DNA from: Escherichia phage UPEC06
Sequence record: MW250786
Length of the DNA: 64,000 bases
Reading direction: 5' to 3' (one strand)
Shown: positions 36,717 through 47,242 of the stretch, piece after piece
Numbering within the stretch: position 1 is the stretch's first letter
Layout: each line of letters begins with the position of its first letter
Notes under the pieces: model-generated
Told to the model about the DNA's origin: nothing
The model's database searches: none
Seen by the model: only the letters and a program-made list of their open reading frames with translations
Program-made: the position numbers and the translations under genes

Positions 36717-36779
36717 AGCTTTGAGTTTGTTGCTTTTGCTCATCTATTGTGGTAAAATAACTTTCATGGAGAAATAACC

Positions 36780-37241
36780 GTGAAGAAAACATCAACAGTT
36801 GATTTTTCTGTCATGGATCACTATTTCGACCAACTCTCTGAATTGGAAACAAAAGAGATTGAGGTGGGCTTCTTTGATGAGGCTCACTATTCTGGTCTAA
36901 ATATGGCGACTCTTGCAGCAATTCACGAATTAGGATGGAACAATCTTCCTGAACGTAACTTCATGCTTTCTACTTCGATTCATTATCGCGGTGGACTCAT
37001 CAAGAACCTCAAACGGCTTAATGATGATTTGCTGAAAGGTAAGTCATATAGCCCTGCACTCAAGAAAATCGGTAAGGACTACGCTGACAGCATTCGTTTT
37101 ACAATTGATCAAGGTACGTTCTCCAATAACCGAGTATCCACTGCATGGGCGAGCTATAAAGGATTCAGTGATGCAATGATCCATTACGGCGATCTTTCAG
37201 ATGCAGCGAAGTTTAAGATTGTTCCTCTTACGAAAGACTAA
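36780..37241 (+). CDS. putative head completion/neck protein
   Basis: GTG start with GGAGA SD; position. Confidence 0.3.
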   Translation: MKKTSTVDFSVMDHYFDQLSELETKEIEVGFFDEAHYSGLNMATLAAIHELGWNNLPERNFMLSTSIHYRGGLIKNLKRLNDDLLKGKSYSPALKKIGKDYADSIRFTIDQGTFSNNRVSTAWASYKGFSDAMIHYGDLSDAAKFKIVPLTKD

Positions 37242-37250
37242 GGAGGCATA

Positions 37251-37691
37251 ATGTCTCGTGGCTATTTATTGTTAAGTCGTCGCAACCAGCTTATCCCTCG
37301 TATCGAGGTTGAAGGTCGCAGACGTTCTTATAAAAAGGTTGATTTGGATGACCCATTCGACAACGGTGGTCTGGAAATTGAATACACACCATTCACGGCT
37401 GTTGAGTGTGTCATTCAACCAATCCGAGGCAAAGCGCTTCGTGATCAAAACAACCAACTGACTACAGCAGGTGAGGAAGATTACGACTCCTATACTGTGT
37501 ATTCAGAAACTGTATTGTATCGTGCACAAGAAGGAACGGATAAACTTTCTGATCAATTGTGGCTTCCCAATTCTGTTGGTGAGAACAGTTGGTTTACAGT
37601 AATGAAAGCTGACCGTTATCCAAGTGCAGGCAACATGAGATATCGTTACTATCTGATCGCTGTACCTGTTGGAACAGAGGGTGGATTATAA
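37251..37691 (+). CDS. putative neck/tail completion protein
   Basis: SD AGGAGG; position. Confidence 0.3.
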   Translation: MSRGYLLLSRRNQLIPRIEVEGRRRSYKKVDLDDPFDNGGLEIEYTPFTAVECVIQPIRGKALRDQNNQLTTAGEEDYDSYTVYSETVLYRAQEGTDKLSDQLWLPNSVGENSWFTVMKADRYPSAGNMRYRYYLIAVPVGTEGGL

Positions 37692-38350
37692 TGGATCAAT
37701 TGCCTAATGAGTTTACAAACTCCGACGAGATTATGGGCAATCTCACAAGGGTTATCGGTCGTCTCTTGAAAGACGTAACCACTTACAAGGTGGTTGAAGC
37801 TGGTGAAACAATCCCTAAAGTTGAGGGACCATTCATCCTCGTAGACCTATCAGATTTAAGCCCTCTCGATTGGGAAACAAATCAGATTGTTGAGAATGGT
37901 ATCACCCACACTGTTCACAACTACACTGCAACATACACACTCACCGCATATCGTGGAAAACCTCACTGGGCATTGACTCGTTTTCATCAGGCATTGAGCC
38001 TTGCATGGATAAGAGATAAATACTTCCCTGTCGGATCACCTTATGCTTACTCGTCCACTTCTTCTATTGCAAGATTAAGAATTCCCCTTAATGAGCAATA
38101 TTACGAAAACAGGGCAAGGGTACTGATTACCTTTAACGTTACATTCGTTGAAAGTGACTTCGGTCAGTTTGAAAATATCGAAAGCATCATTATCGACACT
38201 AGTGTTTCAGATCCCTCTGGAAACAAGATCGAAAATGAAGCCCTTATCGATATCAACGTCAAACCAGGTGGTGATGGTCCTAGTATCCCGCCAGAACCGG
38301 ATATTCCTTTCACTTACATCGATACTATCGTTACTGTAAACGAGAAGTAA
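37691..38350 (+). CDS. putative tail completion/tail terminator protein
   Basis: Overlapping stop/start with previous gene; immediately upstream of the sheath gene. Confidence 0.3.
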   Translation: MDQLPNEFTNSDEIMGNLTRVIGRLLKDVTTYKVVEAGETIPKVEGPFILVDLSDLSPLDWETNQIVENGITHTVHNYTATYTLTAYRGKPHWALTRFHQALSLAWIRDKYFPVGSPYAYSSTSSIARLRIPLNEQYYENRARVLITFNVTFVESDFGQFENIESIIIDTSVSDPSGNKIENEALIDINVKPGGDGPSIPPEPDIPFTYIDTIVTVNEK

Positions 38351-38461
38351 ATCCGGTTATTGATAGGCCCACGCTTATCAGTGACAAATGAGGGGCTTCG
38401 GCCCCTAATCAATTGGCACTTCCGGTGCTAGTCAATAATCGTCTAGAAGCAGAGGATAAAC

Positions 38462-39877
38462 ATGGCTTATGAAGATAAGGTAGTTGACGTCGAGGTAACT
38501 CTTGGCACTCAACCTATTGATACCGTAGGGTTTGAAACCCCAATGTTCTTAGCAGTACACAACAACTTCCCTGAACGTCTCCGTCTGTACGGGTCTTTGG
38601 AAAGTCTGGTTGGTGATGGATTTGCAGTTGGTTCCGCAGCGCATCAGTTTGCATCCAATGCATTTGGCGGTTCTTTTGCTCCGCAACTGGTGGCTATTGG
38701 TCGTATGTCTATGTCGGGTTCTCGAATCGACTTTACTGGCACTACCAATACCGAACGTGTTGTTGTAAATATTACCATCAATAAGGTTGTTAAAGCAATC
38801 ACCATTTTGGTTAACGTTGGAAACACCCCTGGTCAGATCGCAACCGCTCTGGCAGAAGGCATTAACAACGATGCGGATTTGGCTGGTCGCGTTACTGCAA
38901 CTGTTGAAGGTGGTGTCGTCGTTGTTGTACAATCCGCAGAAATTATCAGCGTAGGAAAAGGCGAAGGTAATTACAAGATTGTAAACACCTCTGTTGAAAC
39001 TGTTGCAACTGTTCTTCCGCAGGTACTTGCTGAAAACCACAACTGGTACTTCCTGTCTCACGAACAACGTTCTGATGCAGATATCGTTGCAGCGGCTGAA
39101 TTTGCACAAGCCAATTATAAACTGCACGTATATAATTCCAGTGACAGCGATGCTCTGGCAGCAGCTAACCAAAGCGCTTCCGTGTTTGATACACTGAAAG
39201 CTCTGGGTTACAACTCTCTGGGTACTTACGACAAAGAAGCGGATGTAGAATTCACCGAAGGTTCTGTTATCGGTGCAATGGCTGCCAACGATCCTTCTTA
39301 CGGTGACTCTATTCACCTGAAGACAATGCCTGGCATGAAGCCTTCTACCATCTCCGAAACTCAGCGTAGCAACGCTTGGGGACGTAACGCAAACATCTAT
39401 CGTGCAATGTACGGCACTAACAGCTACATCGAAGGTCGTACCTCCAGCGGTCAGTATGTTGACGTTATTCGTTTCTCCCATTGGCTGAAATTTCGCATGG
39501 AAGAATCTGTATTCGGATACATGAAGCGTCGTTCTGATCAAGGCCAGTCCATGAAGATGAGTGATGAAGATCTTCCGGTTCTGCGTTCTATCCTGTTCAA
39601 TAATCCAATCAACATCGGTATTCGTAACGGTGGTATTCTGACTGGTTATGATACAGTGAACCGTGTGAGCTACGATCCAATCATTACTATTCCTCGTCGT
39701 GCTGAAATTCCAAGCAACGACTTGGCTAACCGTATCCTGCGTGATGTTAAAGTTGAAGTAGTTTACAACAACTCCCTGCACTACGTTAAAATTCGCGCTG
39801 CTGTTGTTCTGGATCGTCCTCAAACTACGACCCAAAGCACTCAGACTTCTTTCACTACTTCTTCTGTAGGGGTGTAA
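38462..39877 (+). CDS. putative tail sheath protein
   Basis: 471 aa, followed by a 160-aa tube-sized gene, a chaperone-sized gene and the tape measure gene. Confidence 0.5.
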   Translation: MAYEDKVVDVEVTLGTQPIDTVGFETPMFLAVHNNFPERLRLYGSLESLVGDGFAVGSAAHQFASNAFGGSFAPQLVAIGRMSMSGSRIDFTGTTNTERVVVNITINKVVKAITILVNVGNTPGQIATALAEGINNDADLAGRVTATVEGGVVVVVQSAEIISVGKGEGNYKIVNTSVETVATVLPQVLAENHNWYFLSHEQRSDADIVAAAEFAQANYKLHVYNSSDSDALAAANQSASVFDTLKALGYNSLGTYDKEADVEFTEGSVIGAMAANDPSYGDSIHLKTMPGMKPSTISETQRSNAWGRNANIYRAMYGTNSYIEGRTSSGQYVDVIRFSHWLKFRMEESVFGYMKRRSDQGQSMKMSDEDLPVLRSILFNNPINIGIRNGGILTGYDTVNRVSYDPIITIPRRAEIPSNDLANRILRDVKVEVVYNNSLHYVKIRAAVVLDRPQTTTQSTQTSFTTSSVGV

Positions 39878-39880
39878 TAG

Positions 39881-40363
39881 ATGGCACTGAATCCTAAGTT
39901 AATTAGTCTCCAGGCGTATGACCCAGCCAAAGTCCTGATCTTTATCGGTGGTCAACGTGTTTCTGGATTCGCCGCTGATACGAAAGTCGTTGTTTCTCGT
40001 AACAATGATAACATTACTCCGCTGTCGGGTGTAGATGGTGAAGTGAGTTCTGCTATCGTCCGTGATAACTCCGGCGTAGTGACCATCTCTTTGCAGAATA
40101 CCTCTGTATGGAACGGTTATCTCTCTCAATGGCAGTTGCAAGCCCGTCTTACCGGACTTGTTTACTTCCCGATTCAGATTGAAGGTTCTCAGGGTCTATC
40201 TCTGAACACCTTCGGATGGATTCAACGTCAACCAGACCTGACCTACGGTTCTGAAGTAGGCCAGATGGACTGGGAAATTGGCGTAGTCGATGCACAGTTG
40301 AGCGCTGATCAGATTCAAGGCGTTGCTGCTGGTATCGGTGGAATCCTCGGACTGGATCAATAA
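39881..40363 (+). CDS. putative tail tube protein
   Basis: 160 aa immediately after the sheath gene. Confidence 0.5.
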   Translation: MALNPKLISLQAYDPAKVLIFIGGQRVSGFAADTKVVVSRNNDNITPLSGVDGEVSSAIVRDNSGVVTISLQNTSVWNGYLSQWQLQARLTGLVYFPIQIEGSQGLSLNTFGWIQRQPDLTYGSEVGQMDWEIGVVDAQLSADQIQGVAAGIGGILGLDQ

Positions 40364-40442
40364 TTACGTGAGCCTCAAGGATGAGGCCCTTCTTACGCTA
40401 CGGACATATTTATATTAACAAAGTGGACACAGGAGTGTAAAC

Positions 40443-40913
40443 GTGCAAGGTTTTAAATTTAAAAAGACTACAGAGATCACTCTCTGCGGCGGTAAGCGAT
40501 TCACGATTTATCATTGGTCGCCTACTCAAGTTATCCGTAATATGCCTAAAATTGGCAAGCTGGTAGCTGTTCCTTTGGGTACAATGGCAGGCTCTGCTAT
40601 TTCCGGTGGACAAGATTTTCAAGATGCTGTCCCAACCGCAATTCTTTATATTCTGGATCGTATCGATGAAGGTGGTCTGGAAATTATCAACCTTTTACTG
40701 GAAGGCGTTGAAGTAGACAACATGGGCGGCCCGATTGATATCGATGAAGTGTTTGATGGTCACGTAGAAGATTTGTTCAAGTTACTTGCTGAAATCATAC
40801 AGGTGAACTACGGCTGTTTTTTCGGCAAGAGCGGTTTCGGGACAATCGAAAATCTCCTTCAGAAGTTCGGTCTGGTTCGCAAGGTGGACCAACTGGATCA
40901 GACGGAAGCCTGA
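40443..40913 (+). CDS. putative tail assembly chaperone
   Basis: 156-aa acidic protein between tube and tape measure genes. Confidence 0.4.
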   Translation: MQGFKFKKTTEITLCGGKRFTIYHWSPTQVIRNMPKIGKLVAVPLGTMAGSAISGGQDFQDAVPTAILYILDRIDEGGLEIINLLLEGVEVDNMGGPIDIDEVFDGHVEDLFKLLAEIIQVNYGCFFGKSGFGTIENLLQKFGLVRKVDQLDQTEA

Positions 40914-40927
40914 GGCCGCTGAGTACG

Positions 40928-41179
40928 GTGGAAAGGGCCTTGGAGTATTGTAGGAAAAACTCCAGTCTGAAATGGTATGACTATCTTTATTTCCGTGTCA
41001 TGGAGAAATTCAAGGGAGTTAATGAACTTTCTATTGAAAGTGGGGACATGGAAGACCTTCTTAAGAAAAATGAATATATAGATATTCAAGAATATTTGGA
41101 AGGTGTTCAAGAGAAAGAGAAGGAATACGAACGCCAGCGAATGGAACAACAAGAGGCCCAGTTAAAACGGAGAAAGTAA
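40928..41179 (+). CDS. hypothetical protein (possible second tail chaperone ORF)
   Basis: 83-aa charged coiled-coil ORF between chaperone and tape measure genes. Confidence 0.3.
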   Translation: MERALEYCRKNSSLKWYDYLYFRVMEKFKGVNELSIESGDMEDLLKKNEYIDIQEYLEGVQEKEKEYERQRMEQQEAQLKRRK

Positions 41180-41236
41180 ATAAATAGGGCTGGAGTCGAA
41201 AGACTCTGGCCTTTATTTTTATTATGAGGAGTCGAA

Positions 41237-43660
41237 ATGGCTGTTGAAGTAATTGCAACAACAAAGAACCGAGTCATATTTGAAACTGACAAAGGTTCCT
41301 ATCGAAAAGCTCGTGAGGAGATCCGAAAACTCTCCAACGAATGGAAAAAGGCTTCAACAGAGGCTACCGCTGCCGGAAAGAATTCTCCTGCTGAGGCTTA
41401 TAAACAATCCGCTCGTGAAATGAGACTAGTCAGTAAACGTCTGGAAGAAACTCGGAAGCGTGAGGAGAAGAAGGCCACTGATTATCGTATTGCTCTGGCA
41501 AAGAAAGAAGCCAAGGCAAAAGAGGCAATTCAGAAGGTTTCTGCTGCAAGAATACGACAACAGGTTAAAAGCCTGACGGCTGCATCCCCTGGTTCTGCTG
41601 AGATGAGAAAGTTCTATCAGGAACAGGAGAAAGCTGCCCGTGCTGCTGCAAGATCTGCAAACCGTACAGCGACACCTTTACCGCCTTTCAACATCCAACG
41701 TGTGGAAGCTGCAAATCAATTATTATCTCGCGGTAACAGAGAGCCAGGGTCAGGTATTGTTGGAGATCCTAATAGCCGATTCAACCCTGATTTAATTGCT
41801 GCACAAAACAGAGCGATGCAACGTAGTTCTCGTATCAAAGAGAGAATGGAGAAGCAACAAACTCAAGAACAGGAACGTGAACGTGTCCGCGCTGCTCGTG
41901 CTGCTGCCCGTATTGATGATGTTACAGCACAACAGCGTATTCGTCTATCTTCTCGTTATGGTCGTGGTTATGCAGGTGCTTTGGGTCGTGACTCGGAAGG
42001 TCGTGGGATTGAAGATCTTAATAGACAATTCCGTGCAGGAACGTTATCATCTGGTCAGTATCGTCAAAGCATACAGGCGCTAGAAAGACAATTCCGTGCT
42101 GCACAGTCAAGTGCTGGATCTTTCTCTTCCACACTTAAAGATGTTCGTTCCAGCCTGGTAAGTGCTACTGCCGCATACGGAGTTTTCTCAGCAGGTGCAT
42201 CAATAACTCGTCAAGGTCAATTCTTTGAAGGAATCAACGCAACTTCTCTATTGATCTCTGATTCGGCAGAAGAAGCTGGTCAGCGTGTTAAGTTTGTTCG
42301 TGACGAAGCATACCGTTTAGGTTTGGATCTGAAAACTGCATCGCAGGGATTTACCCAGTTAGCGATCTCTGCTGATGGTGTTATTAGTAAATCTCAAACA
42401 GACGAATTATTTAGTGCATTTTCTGAATATTCCACCGCACTTCAGGTCGATCCCGTAAGATATCAGCGTGGCATTACAGCAATTCAACAGATCCTTGGTA
42501 AAGGTCAAGTAATGGCTGAAGAACTTAAAGGCCAGTTGGCTGAAGCAATTCCAGGTTCCTTGCAGGTATTCTTGAAAGCAACTCAGGAAGCTTTTGGTGA
42601 CACCTCTATCGACATTGCAAAATTGCTCAAGCTGATGGAAGACGGTGAATTGAAAGCCTCCAAGATCATACCTTTGGTTGGTAAATACTATGCAGAGGCT
42701 GCTAATAAAGGTGGTGCACTGGATAAAGCTTTGGAAAGTAACCGTGTTGCTTATCAGCGTTTAACCCAGACTTTTGCAGAGTTCCAAAACAAAATATTCC
42801 AAGGTGGCTTTGGAGAACAACTTACAAGAGTGTTCAATAACTTAGCTACGATCCTGTCAAGTAATGGTAATGTTGCCAGCACCATTGGTAGATTCTTCGG
42901 TAACGTAATTGAAGGGTTTACAGACATGGTTCTTGAAATTCACGATAACTTGGTCCTTCTCGACCGTGTTGTGACTTACTATTTCAAGAAGATTGGTGTT
43001 GAAGGTGAAACTCTTCGACAGGTGTTCGACTGGGGTTCTTATCTCCTCGGGATTGGATTATTCCTTGGTGGATTGACTAAAGTGTTCAACATCCTTGCTA
43101 AGATTGCAGGACTTAAAGGTGCACTTAAGGAAATTCGTGGTACACTCGGTGGTGATTTGGCTACAGGTGGAAAAACGAGCACAGGTGCAAGCACAACTGC
43201 TTCTGGCGGGGCAGGTACACCAGGTCAAACCAGCGTAGCGGGTAGATTCAGTCAGCTTGGTAAGCTTGGCAAACTCTTCGGCCTTGGTACTCTTTACTCA
43301 GCAGGGTCAGAGATCAATGACCGCTTTATTCAAAGTGGAGAGAGCCGATTGGCTGGAGCAGGGCTTGACGCAACAGCTTTCCAGCAGCAATATGGTGTAA
43401 CTCCACAACCTGTCGGGTTAACGGATGTGTTCATGGAGTTGTTTGGTGGCTCTCGTGACATAACTGTAGATCCTAACACTATCTCGACTCCATCTGGTAT
43501 TCGCCCTAGCGGATTTCCTCTGGAAACTCCAGCAGCACCACCTGAAGGTAAGATCACCGTTGAGATCAAGAGTGGAGAGATTCGTCAATATATCCGTGCA
43601 ATTGTGGATGAAGAGAACGGATTCAATATCAACCTGCTCACTCAGGGTGGTAACCAATAA
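41237..43660 (+). CDS. tail tape measure protein
   Basis: 807 aa, Ala/Arg/Gln-rich N-terminal region, Gly-rich segment near C-terminus, canonical position. Confidence 0.7.
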   Translation: MAVEVIATTKNRVIFETDKGSYRKAREEIRKLSNEWKKASTEATAAGKNSPAEAYKQSAREMRLVSKRLEETRKREEKKATDYRIALAKKEAKAKEAIQKVSAARIRQQVKSLTAASPGSAEMRKFYQEQEKAARAAARSANRTATPLPPFNIQRVEAANQLLSRGNREPGSGIVGDPNSRFNPDLIAAQNRAMQRSSRIKERMEKQQTQEQERERVRAARAAARIDDVTAQQRIRLSSRYGRGYAGALGRDSEGRGIEDLNRQFRAGTLSSGQYRQSIQALERQFRAAQSSAGSFSSTLKDVRSSLVSATAAYGVFSAGASITRQGQFFEGINATSLLISDSAEEAGQRVKFVRDEAYRLGLDLKTASQGFTQLAISADGVISKSQTDELFSAFSEYSTALQVDPVRYQRGITAIQQILGKGQVMAEELKGQLAEAIPGSLQVFLKATQEAFGDTSIDIAKLLKLMEDGELKASKIIPLVGKYYAEAANKGGALDKALESNRVAYQRLTQTFAEFQNKIFQGGFGEQLTRVFNNLATILSSNGNVASTIGRFFGNVIEGFTDMVLEIHDNLVLLDRVVTYYFKKIGVEGETLRQVFDWGSYLLGIGLFLGGLTKVFNILAKIAGLKGALKEIRGTLGGDLATGGKTSTGASTTASGGAGTPGQTSVAGRFSQLGKLGKLFGLGTLYSAGSEINDRFIQSGESRLAGAGLDATAFQQQYGVTPQPVGLTDVFMELFGGSRDITVDPNTISTPSGIRPSGFPLETPAAPPEGKITVEIKSGEIRQYIRAIVDEENGFNINLLTQGGNQ

Positions 43661-43663
43661 TTA

Positions 43664-43690
43664 CAGGGGGCTTCGGCCCCCTTTTTTATT
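43664..43690 (+). terminator. rho-independent terminator after the tape measure gene
   Basis: GGGGGC-TTCG-GCCCCC followed by TTTTTTATT. Confidence 0.6.
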
Positions 43691-43728
43691 GTCCTTATTC
43701 GTGTTAAAATACTGAAAGGAGGAAACTT

Positions 43729-44607
43729 ATGGCTACTGATTTAAAACCTAGCACTTACAAAATGGGTACGTACTCACCTGAGCAGATTGCAGCTATCGAC
43801 AAGGCGTATCAGCAAGGTCAAGCTGAAGAGGCTCGTCAAAAACAGACGGCACAGAATACCAAGTTGCGTGAAGATGTTCAATACACACTCTTTGCTTCTG
43901 GTATCAATACAGGTAGAGCGCCCCTTCTTTACGACAAGAACCAAACAGACGATATTGCTATCCTGTTTGACGTTGTTACTACCCACACTTACACAAAGGA
44001 TTATAACAAGACGAGCTATGCTGTAGAGTCAAAAGCTAAAGCATCCGATCATGTTGTAACTCAAGATGGTAAATTTAGTTTTTCGGCAGTCATTACTGAC
44101 TCTCCTTTAATTATAAATGAGAGAAACTATATTGACTTCGATACAGATAAAAATAACCCGTTACAATCCAAGCGTCCAGCAAAAGCTGTAGAGATCCTTA
44201 AGCAAATTGGTGATGGTCATCAACTTGTTACCTTAGTAACAGAAGATGATATCCTGACGAACTATGTAATCACAAACTTCTCTGTTACTCGTGACAATGG
44301 TCAGGGGGGTAGCATTGCTGTTAGTTTGACCCTTGAAGAGTTCCGTTTCCGTGACATTTCTAAAACAGTTCTGGCAAGAACTACTGCCGATCCTAAGAAA
44401 GCTAAGAATGTAAACTCAGGTACTAAACAGACCGCAGAGAATGGTTCTGTTAGCGATAATGCCCAAGGTAAACGTAAAACACCGTACCTTGGAAAAAATG
44501 CTGCTGCAAAAGAGAGAATTGAAAACGCCCTTACTGGCACGACAGATTTCTCAGGGGAGGCAGGCAAGAAATATGAATTCGACCCAGCATCTTTGAAGAG
44601 GCAATAA
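43729..44607 (+). CDS. putative tail/baseplate protein
   Basis: First gene after the tape measure; SD AAAGGAGG. Confidence 0.35.
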   Translation: MATDLKPSTYKMGTYSPEQIAAIDKAYQQGQAEEARQKQTAQNTKLREDVQYTLFASGINTGRAPLLYDKNQTDDIAILFDVVTTHTYTKDYNKTSYAVESKAKASDHVVTQDGKFSFSAVITDSPLIINERNYIDFDTDKNNPLQSKRPAKAVEILKQIGDGHQLVTLVTEDDILTNYVITNFSVTRDNGQGGSIAVSLTLEEFRFRDISKTVLARTTADPKKAKNVNSGTKQTAENGSVSDNAQGKRKTPYLGKNAAAKERIENALTGTTDFSGEAGKKYEFDPASLKRQ

Positions 44608-44975
44608 TGATTGATCTTAATAAGAAATATGTAAGGACATTCGACTTTGAATTGTCTGGATATCCTGACGAAACTTTCCGTGTTGTTTTGGATTCCGTTA
44701 CCTACGAACTGCGATTCGTTTGGAACGAGAGAGATGAATCTTGGTTTTTCTCCTTAGGGGATATCGGTGTTCCACCAACGATAACAACCAAGCTTACTTG
44801 CTACGCGGATATTATAGGGCCTTATCGCTACCTTGATAATGTGCCGGAAGGAAACTTGTACTTATTCCCACTAAGAGACATTGCTACTCGCGTGGGTCGT
44901 TATAACGTTGGCCCTCTCTCTGGTGTTCAAATGATTTATGCATCAAGAGAGGAAGATGTGGAGGCGATCAATTAA
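44607..44975 (+). CDS. putative baseplate protein
   Basis: Translationally coupled small gene in the baseplate block. Confidence 0.3.
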   Translation: MIDLNKKYVRTFDFELSGYPDETFRVVLDSVTYELRFVWNERDESWFFSLGDIGVPPTITTKLTCYADIIGPYRYLDNVPEGNLYLFPLRDIATRVGRYNVGPLSGVQMIYASREEDVEAIN

Positions 44976-45931
44976 TGAAAGCATTGGAAAGGACATATAC
45001 TTTAGTTATCGGAAGGCCTGTTTATATTGGTGAAAAGCCAGTCAACATTGAGCGCTACGCCACTAACAGTAACCAAGGTGAAGCATATGAGATCAAGGAT
45101 CTTCATATTACCTTTCAGTTAAAGAAAGACAACTCAAAGGAACCTAACAAGGGATACGTAAGTGTATTTAACCTTTCCGATGACGTTGTTAACTACCTCA
45201 GTATAAACCAAAGGGAATCTCTCGCTGTCCTTTTAAAAGCGGGATACAATGGTGACGAAAAACTTATCTTTTCTGGAACAATCGAGTTCGTGGAGGATAC
45301 TTTCTCAGAGGAAACACGAGAGACTAAGTTTATTTTTGGTGATGGAACCCTGAACTTGACTACCGCCACAACATCCCGATCTTACCGAAAGGGAACACCT
45401 GTGAATCAGGTTCTTAATGATCTTATCTCTGATCTTAAGCTACCCAAAGGTCGTGTTGTTCCTTTTGGTGCTGACACATTACAGAGTTCTATGGCATTTA
45501 CTGGGAATGCGGCACAGAACTTAGAAAACCTTGCAAAAAATACCGGATCTACCTTTTCGATACAGGATGGTGCTGTCTATTGGACAAAAGAAGGTTCTCG
45601 GTTTGCAAATGTTATGTTTGAGATCTCTGAAGAAGGCGGGATGGTTGGCACACCAACATTAAAGCAACCAAACATCTCGAAGAAGAAAAAGAAGAAAGAT
45701 ACAAAAGATACTTCAAATAAGAAGGAGAAGAATATAAAGGAGGACGTTGGTTTAACAGTAACCACACTCCTTAATGGTGCAATCCTTCCTGAGTCTACAG
45801 TATATCTGAACACCCGTTACATTAAGGGTTTTTACAAAGTCATTGAGTTGACGCACAGAGGTGGTTACGAAACAGGCGACTGGGTAACCGAATTAGGTCT
45901 TGCAGAAACACGAGGGGAGTTGATAAGATAA
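44975..45931 (+). CDS. putative baseplate hub/tail protein with poly-lysine insertion
   Basis: Position; internal KKKKKKDTKDTSNKKEKNIKED segment. Confidence 0.35.
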   Translation: MKALERTYTLVIGRPVYIGEKPVNIERYATNSNQGEAYEIKDLHITFQLKKDNSKEPNKGYVSVFNLSDDVVNYLSINQRESLAVLLKAGYNGDEKLIFSGTIEFVEDTFSEETRETKFIFGDGTLNLTTATTSRSYRKGTPVNQVLNDLISDLKLPKGRVVPFGADTLQSSMAFTGNAAQNLENLAKNTGSTFSIQDGAVYWTKEGSRFANVMFEISEEGGMVGTPTLKQPNISKKKKKKDTKDTSNKKEKNIKEDVGLTVTTLLNGAILPESTVYLNTRYIKGFYKVIELTHRGGYETGDWVTELGLAETRGELIR

Positions 45932-45934
45932 CTT

Positions 45935-46627
45935 ATGGCTTACGTAGATCGTTATGATGCAGCACTGTCTGTCTTTGTCGGAAGATATCTGCGAAACAAC
46001 GTGCATACTAACATCCGAGGAACAGTGGTTGGCGTTAATTACGCCATTCCATCTGTTGATGTTAAACCTATGGCACAAACTGAATTTGAGAACGGAACAG
46101 TAGAAGCTTATCCGGTTATTTACGATGTTCCGATTAACTTCCCTTCCGGTGCGGGTGGAAAGGCAAGATTATCTATGCCTATAAAAGTCGGAGATCTGGT
46201 AGGTGTTGCTTTCTCTGAAAGAAACGAAGGTGACTTCAAGGATGTGAATACCCATCAACTATTCCCTGGTTGGGCTGTGACACAGATATTTACCGAAGGT
46301 AATGGAAAGGTTGCTCATCCAGATAACGTTGTTCTTGAGAATGACAAAGGCGTTATGACATTGATGCCTGATGGGACGATGACGTTTCAGAATCCCGCTG
46401 CCAATCTAAAGATTGAGCAAAGTGGCAAGATGACATTTTCTAATGGCCCTGCAAACATAGAAGTAATGGAATCTGGAATGGTAAGGGTGAATGGTTGCAC
46501 CATAACAACCTCCGGTAACGTGATCACAGCTTCCGGTGTTGATCTGGAAGATTTTTATGCCGACTACCTCAACCATAGACATAGTGGCGTTGAAAGAGGT
46601 GGTGATATAAGCGGGGTTAAAGTATAA
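45935..46627 (+). CDS. putative baseplate spike protein (gpV / Mu gp45-like)
   Basis: 230 aa, upstream of W/J-like genes. Confidence 0.4.
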   Translation: MAYVDRYDAALSVFVGRYLRNNVHTNIRGTVVGVNYAIPSVDVKPMAQTEFENGTVEAYPVIYDVPINFPSGAGGKARLSMPIKVGDLVGVAFSERNEGDFKDVNTHQLFPGWAVTQIFTEGNGKVAHPDNVVLENDKGVMTLMPDGTMTFQNPAANLKIEQSGKMTFSNGPANIEVMESGMVRVNGCTITTSGNVITASGVDLEDFYADYLNHRHSGVERGGDISGVKV

Positions 46628-47151
46628 TGGCTACAGTATTTAAAGACTTCCTTTTAGATCCCTCAACAGGGGATCTTGATTTCTCGACTAGGACTTTGCA
46701 GGTTGTTACCTCTAACCAGATGAGTTTACGTCAAAGGCTTTATCTTCGCTTCGGGATCTGGCAGGGTACTTGGTATTTCGATGAAACAATAGGCTTCCCT
46801 TACGGAATGTTTATTGCTAAGAAACTATCAAAAACTGTACTGGATAATAGGATAAAGCAAGAAGTTCGTCAAGAACCGGATGTGATAGCGATAAAAGATT
46901 TCAATTCTTCTGTGGAGATTTACAGCCGTAGTTATAAATGCTTCTTTACGGTTGTAACGTCAGAGGGTGAAGAGATTAACTTCGCATTCTTAGGTGATGA
47001 TACTTATGAGTATCCAACACCGCCGGAAGGTAACGTTGAACTGTGTGGTGACGAAGGTTCTTTAATTGAGTTCAAGAACAAACTTTACTACCTGATTAAC
47101 TTTAGATTACCGAAATATGGTGACTCTACTTGGGTCAACACTTGGAAATAA
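46627..47151 (+). CDS. putative baseplate wedge protein (gpW / gp25-like)
   Basis: 174 aa, coupled between spike-like and J-like genes. Confidence 0.4.
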   Translation: MATVFKDFLLDPSTGDLDFSTRTLQVVTSNQMSLRQRLYLRFGIWQGTWYFDETIGFPYGMFIAKKLSKTVLDNRIKQEVRQEPDVIAIKDFNSSVEIYSRSYKCFFTVVTSEGEEINFAFLGDDTYEYPTPPEGNVELCGDEGSLIEFKNKLYYLINFRLPKYGDSTWVNTWK

Positions 47152-47154
47152 CCT

Positions 47155-47185
47155 CAAGGGAGCCTCGTGCTCCCTTTTCTTTTAA
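47155..47185 (+). terminator. stem-loop / terminator
   Basis: AAGGGAGC-ctcgt-GCTCCCTT followed by TTCTTTTAAT. Confidence 0.45.
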
Positions 47186-47242
47186 TTCTCTGGATATTAT
47201 GATAAAATACGCTTATCGTCTAATTTTGGAGCAGGAGGAACA

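Noticed and set aside
38549-39835. 428-aa ORF on the minus strand
   Set aside because: It is antisense to the tail sheath gene inside the plus-strand tail operon; judged spurious.
40443-41179. Programmed -1 frameshift joining the two chaperone-position ORFs
   Set aside because: The ORFs are in different frames, but I found no slippery heptamer (XXXYYYZ) near the end of the first ORF, and the second has its own ATG; not supportable from sequence alone.
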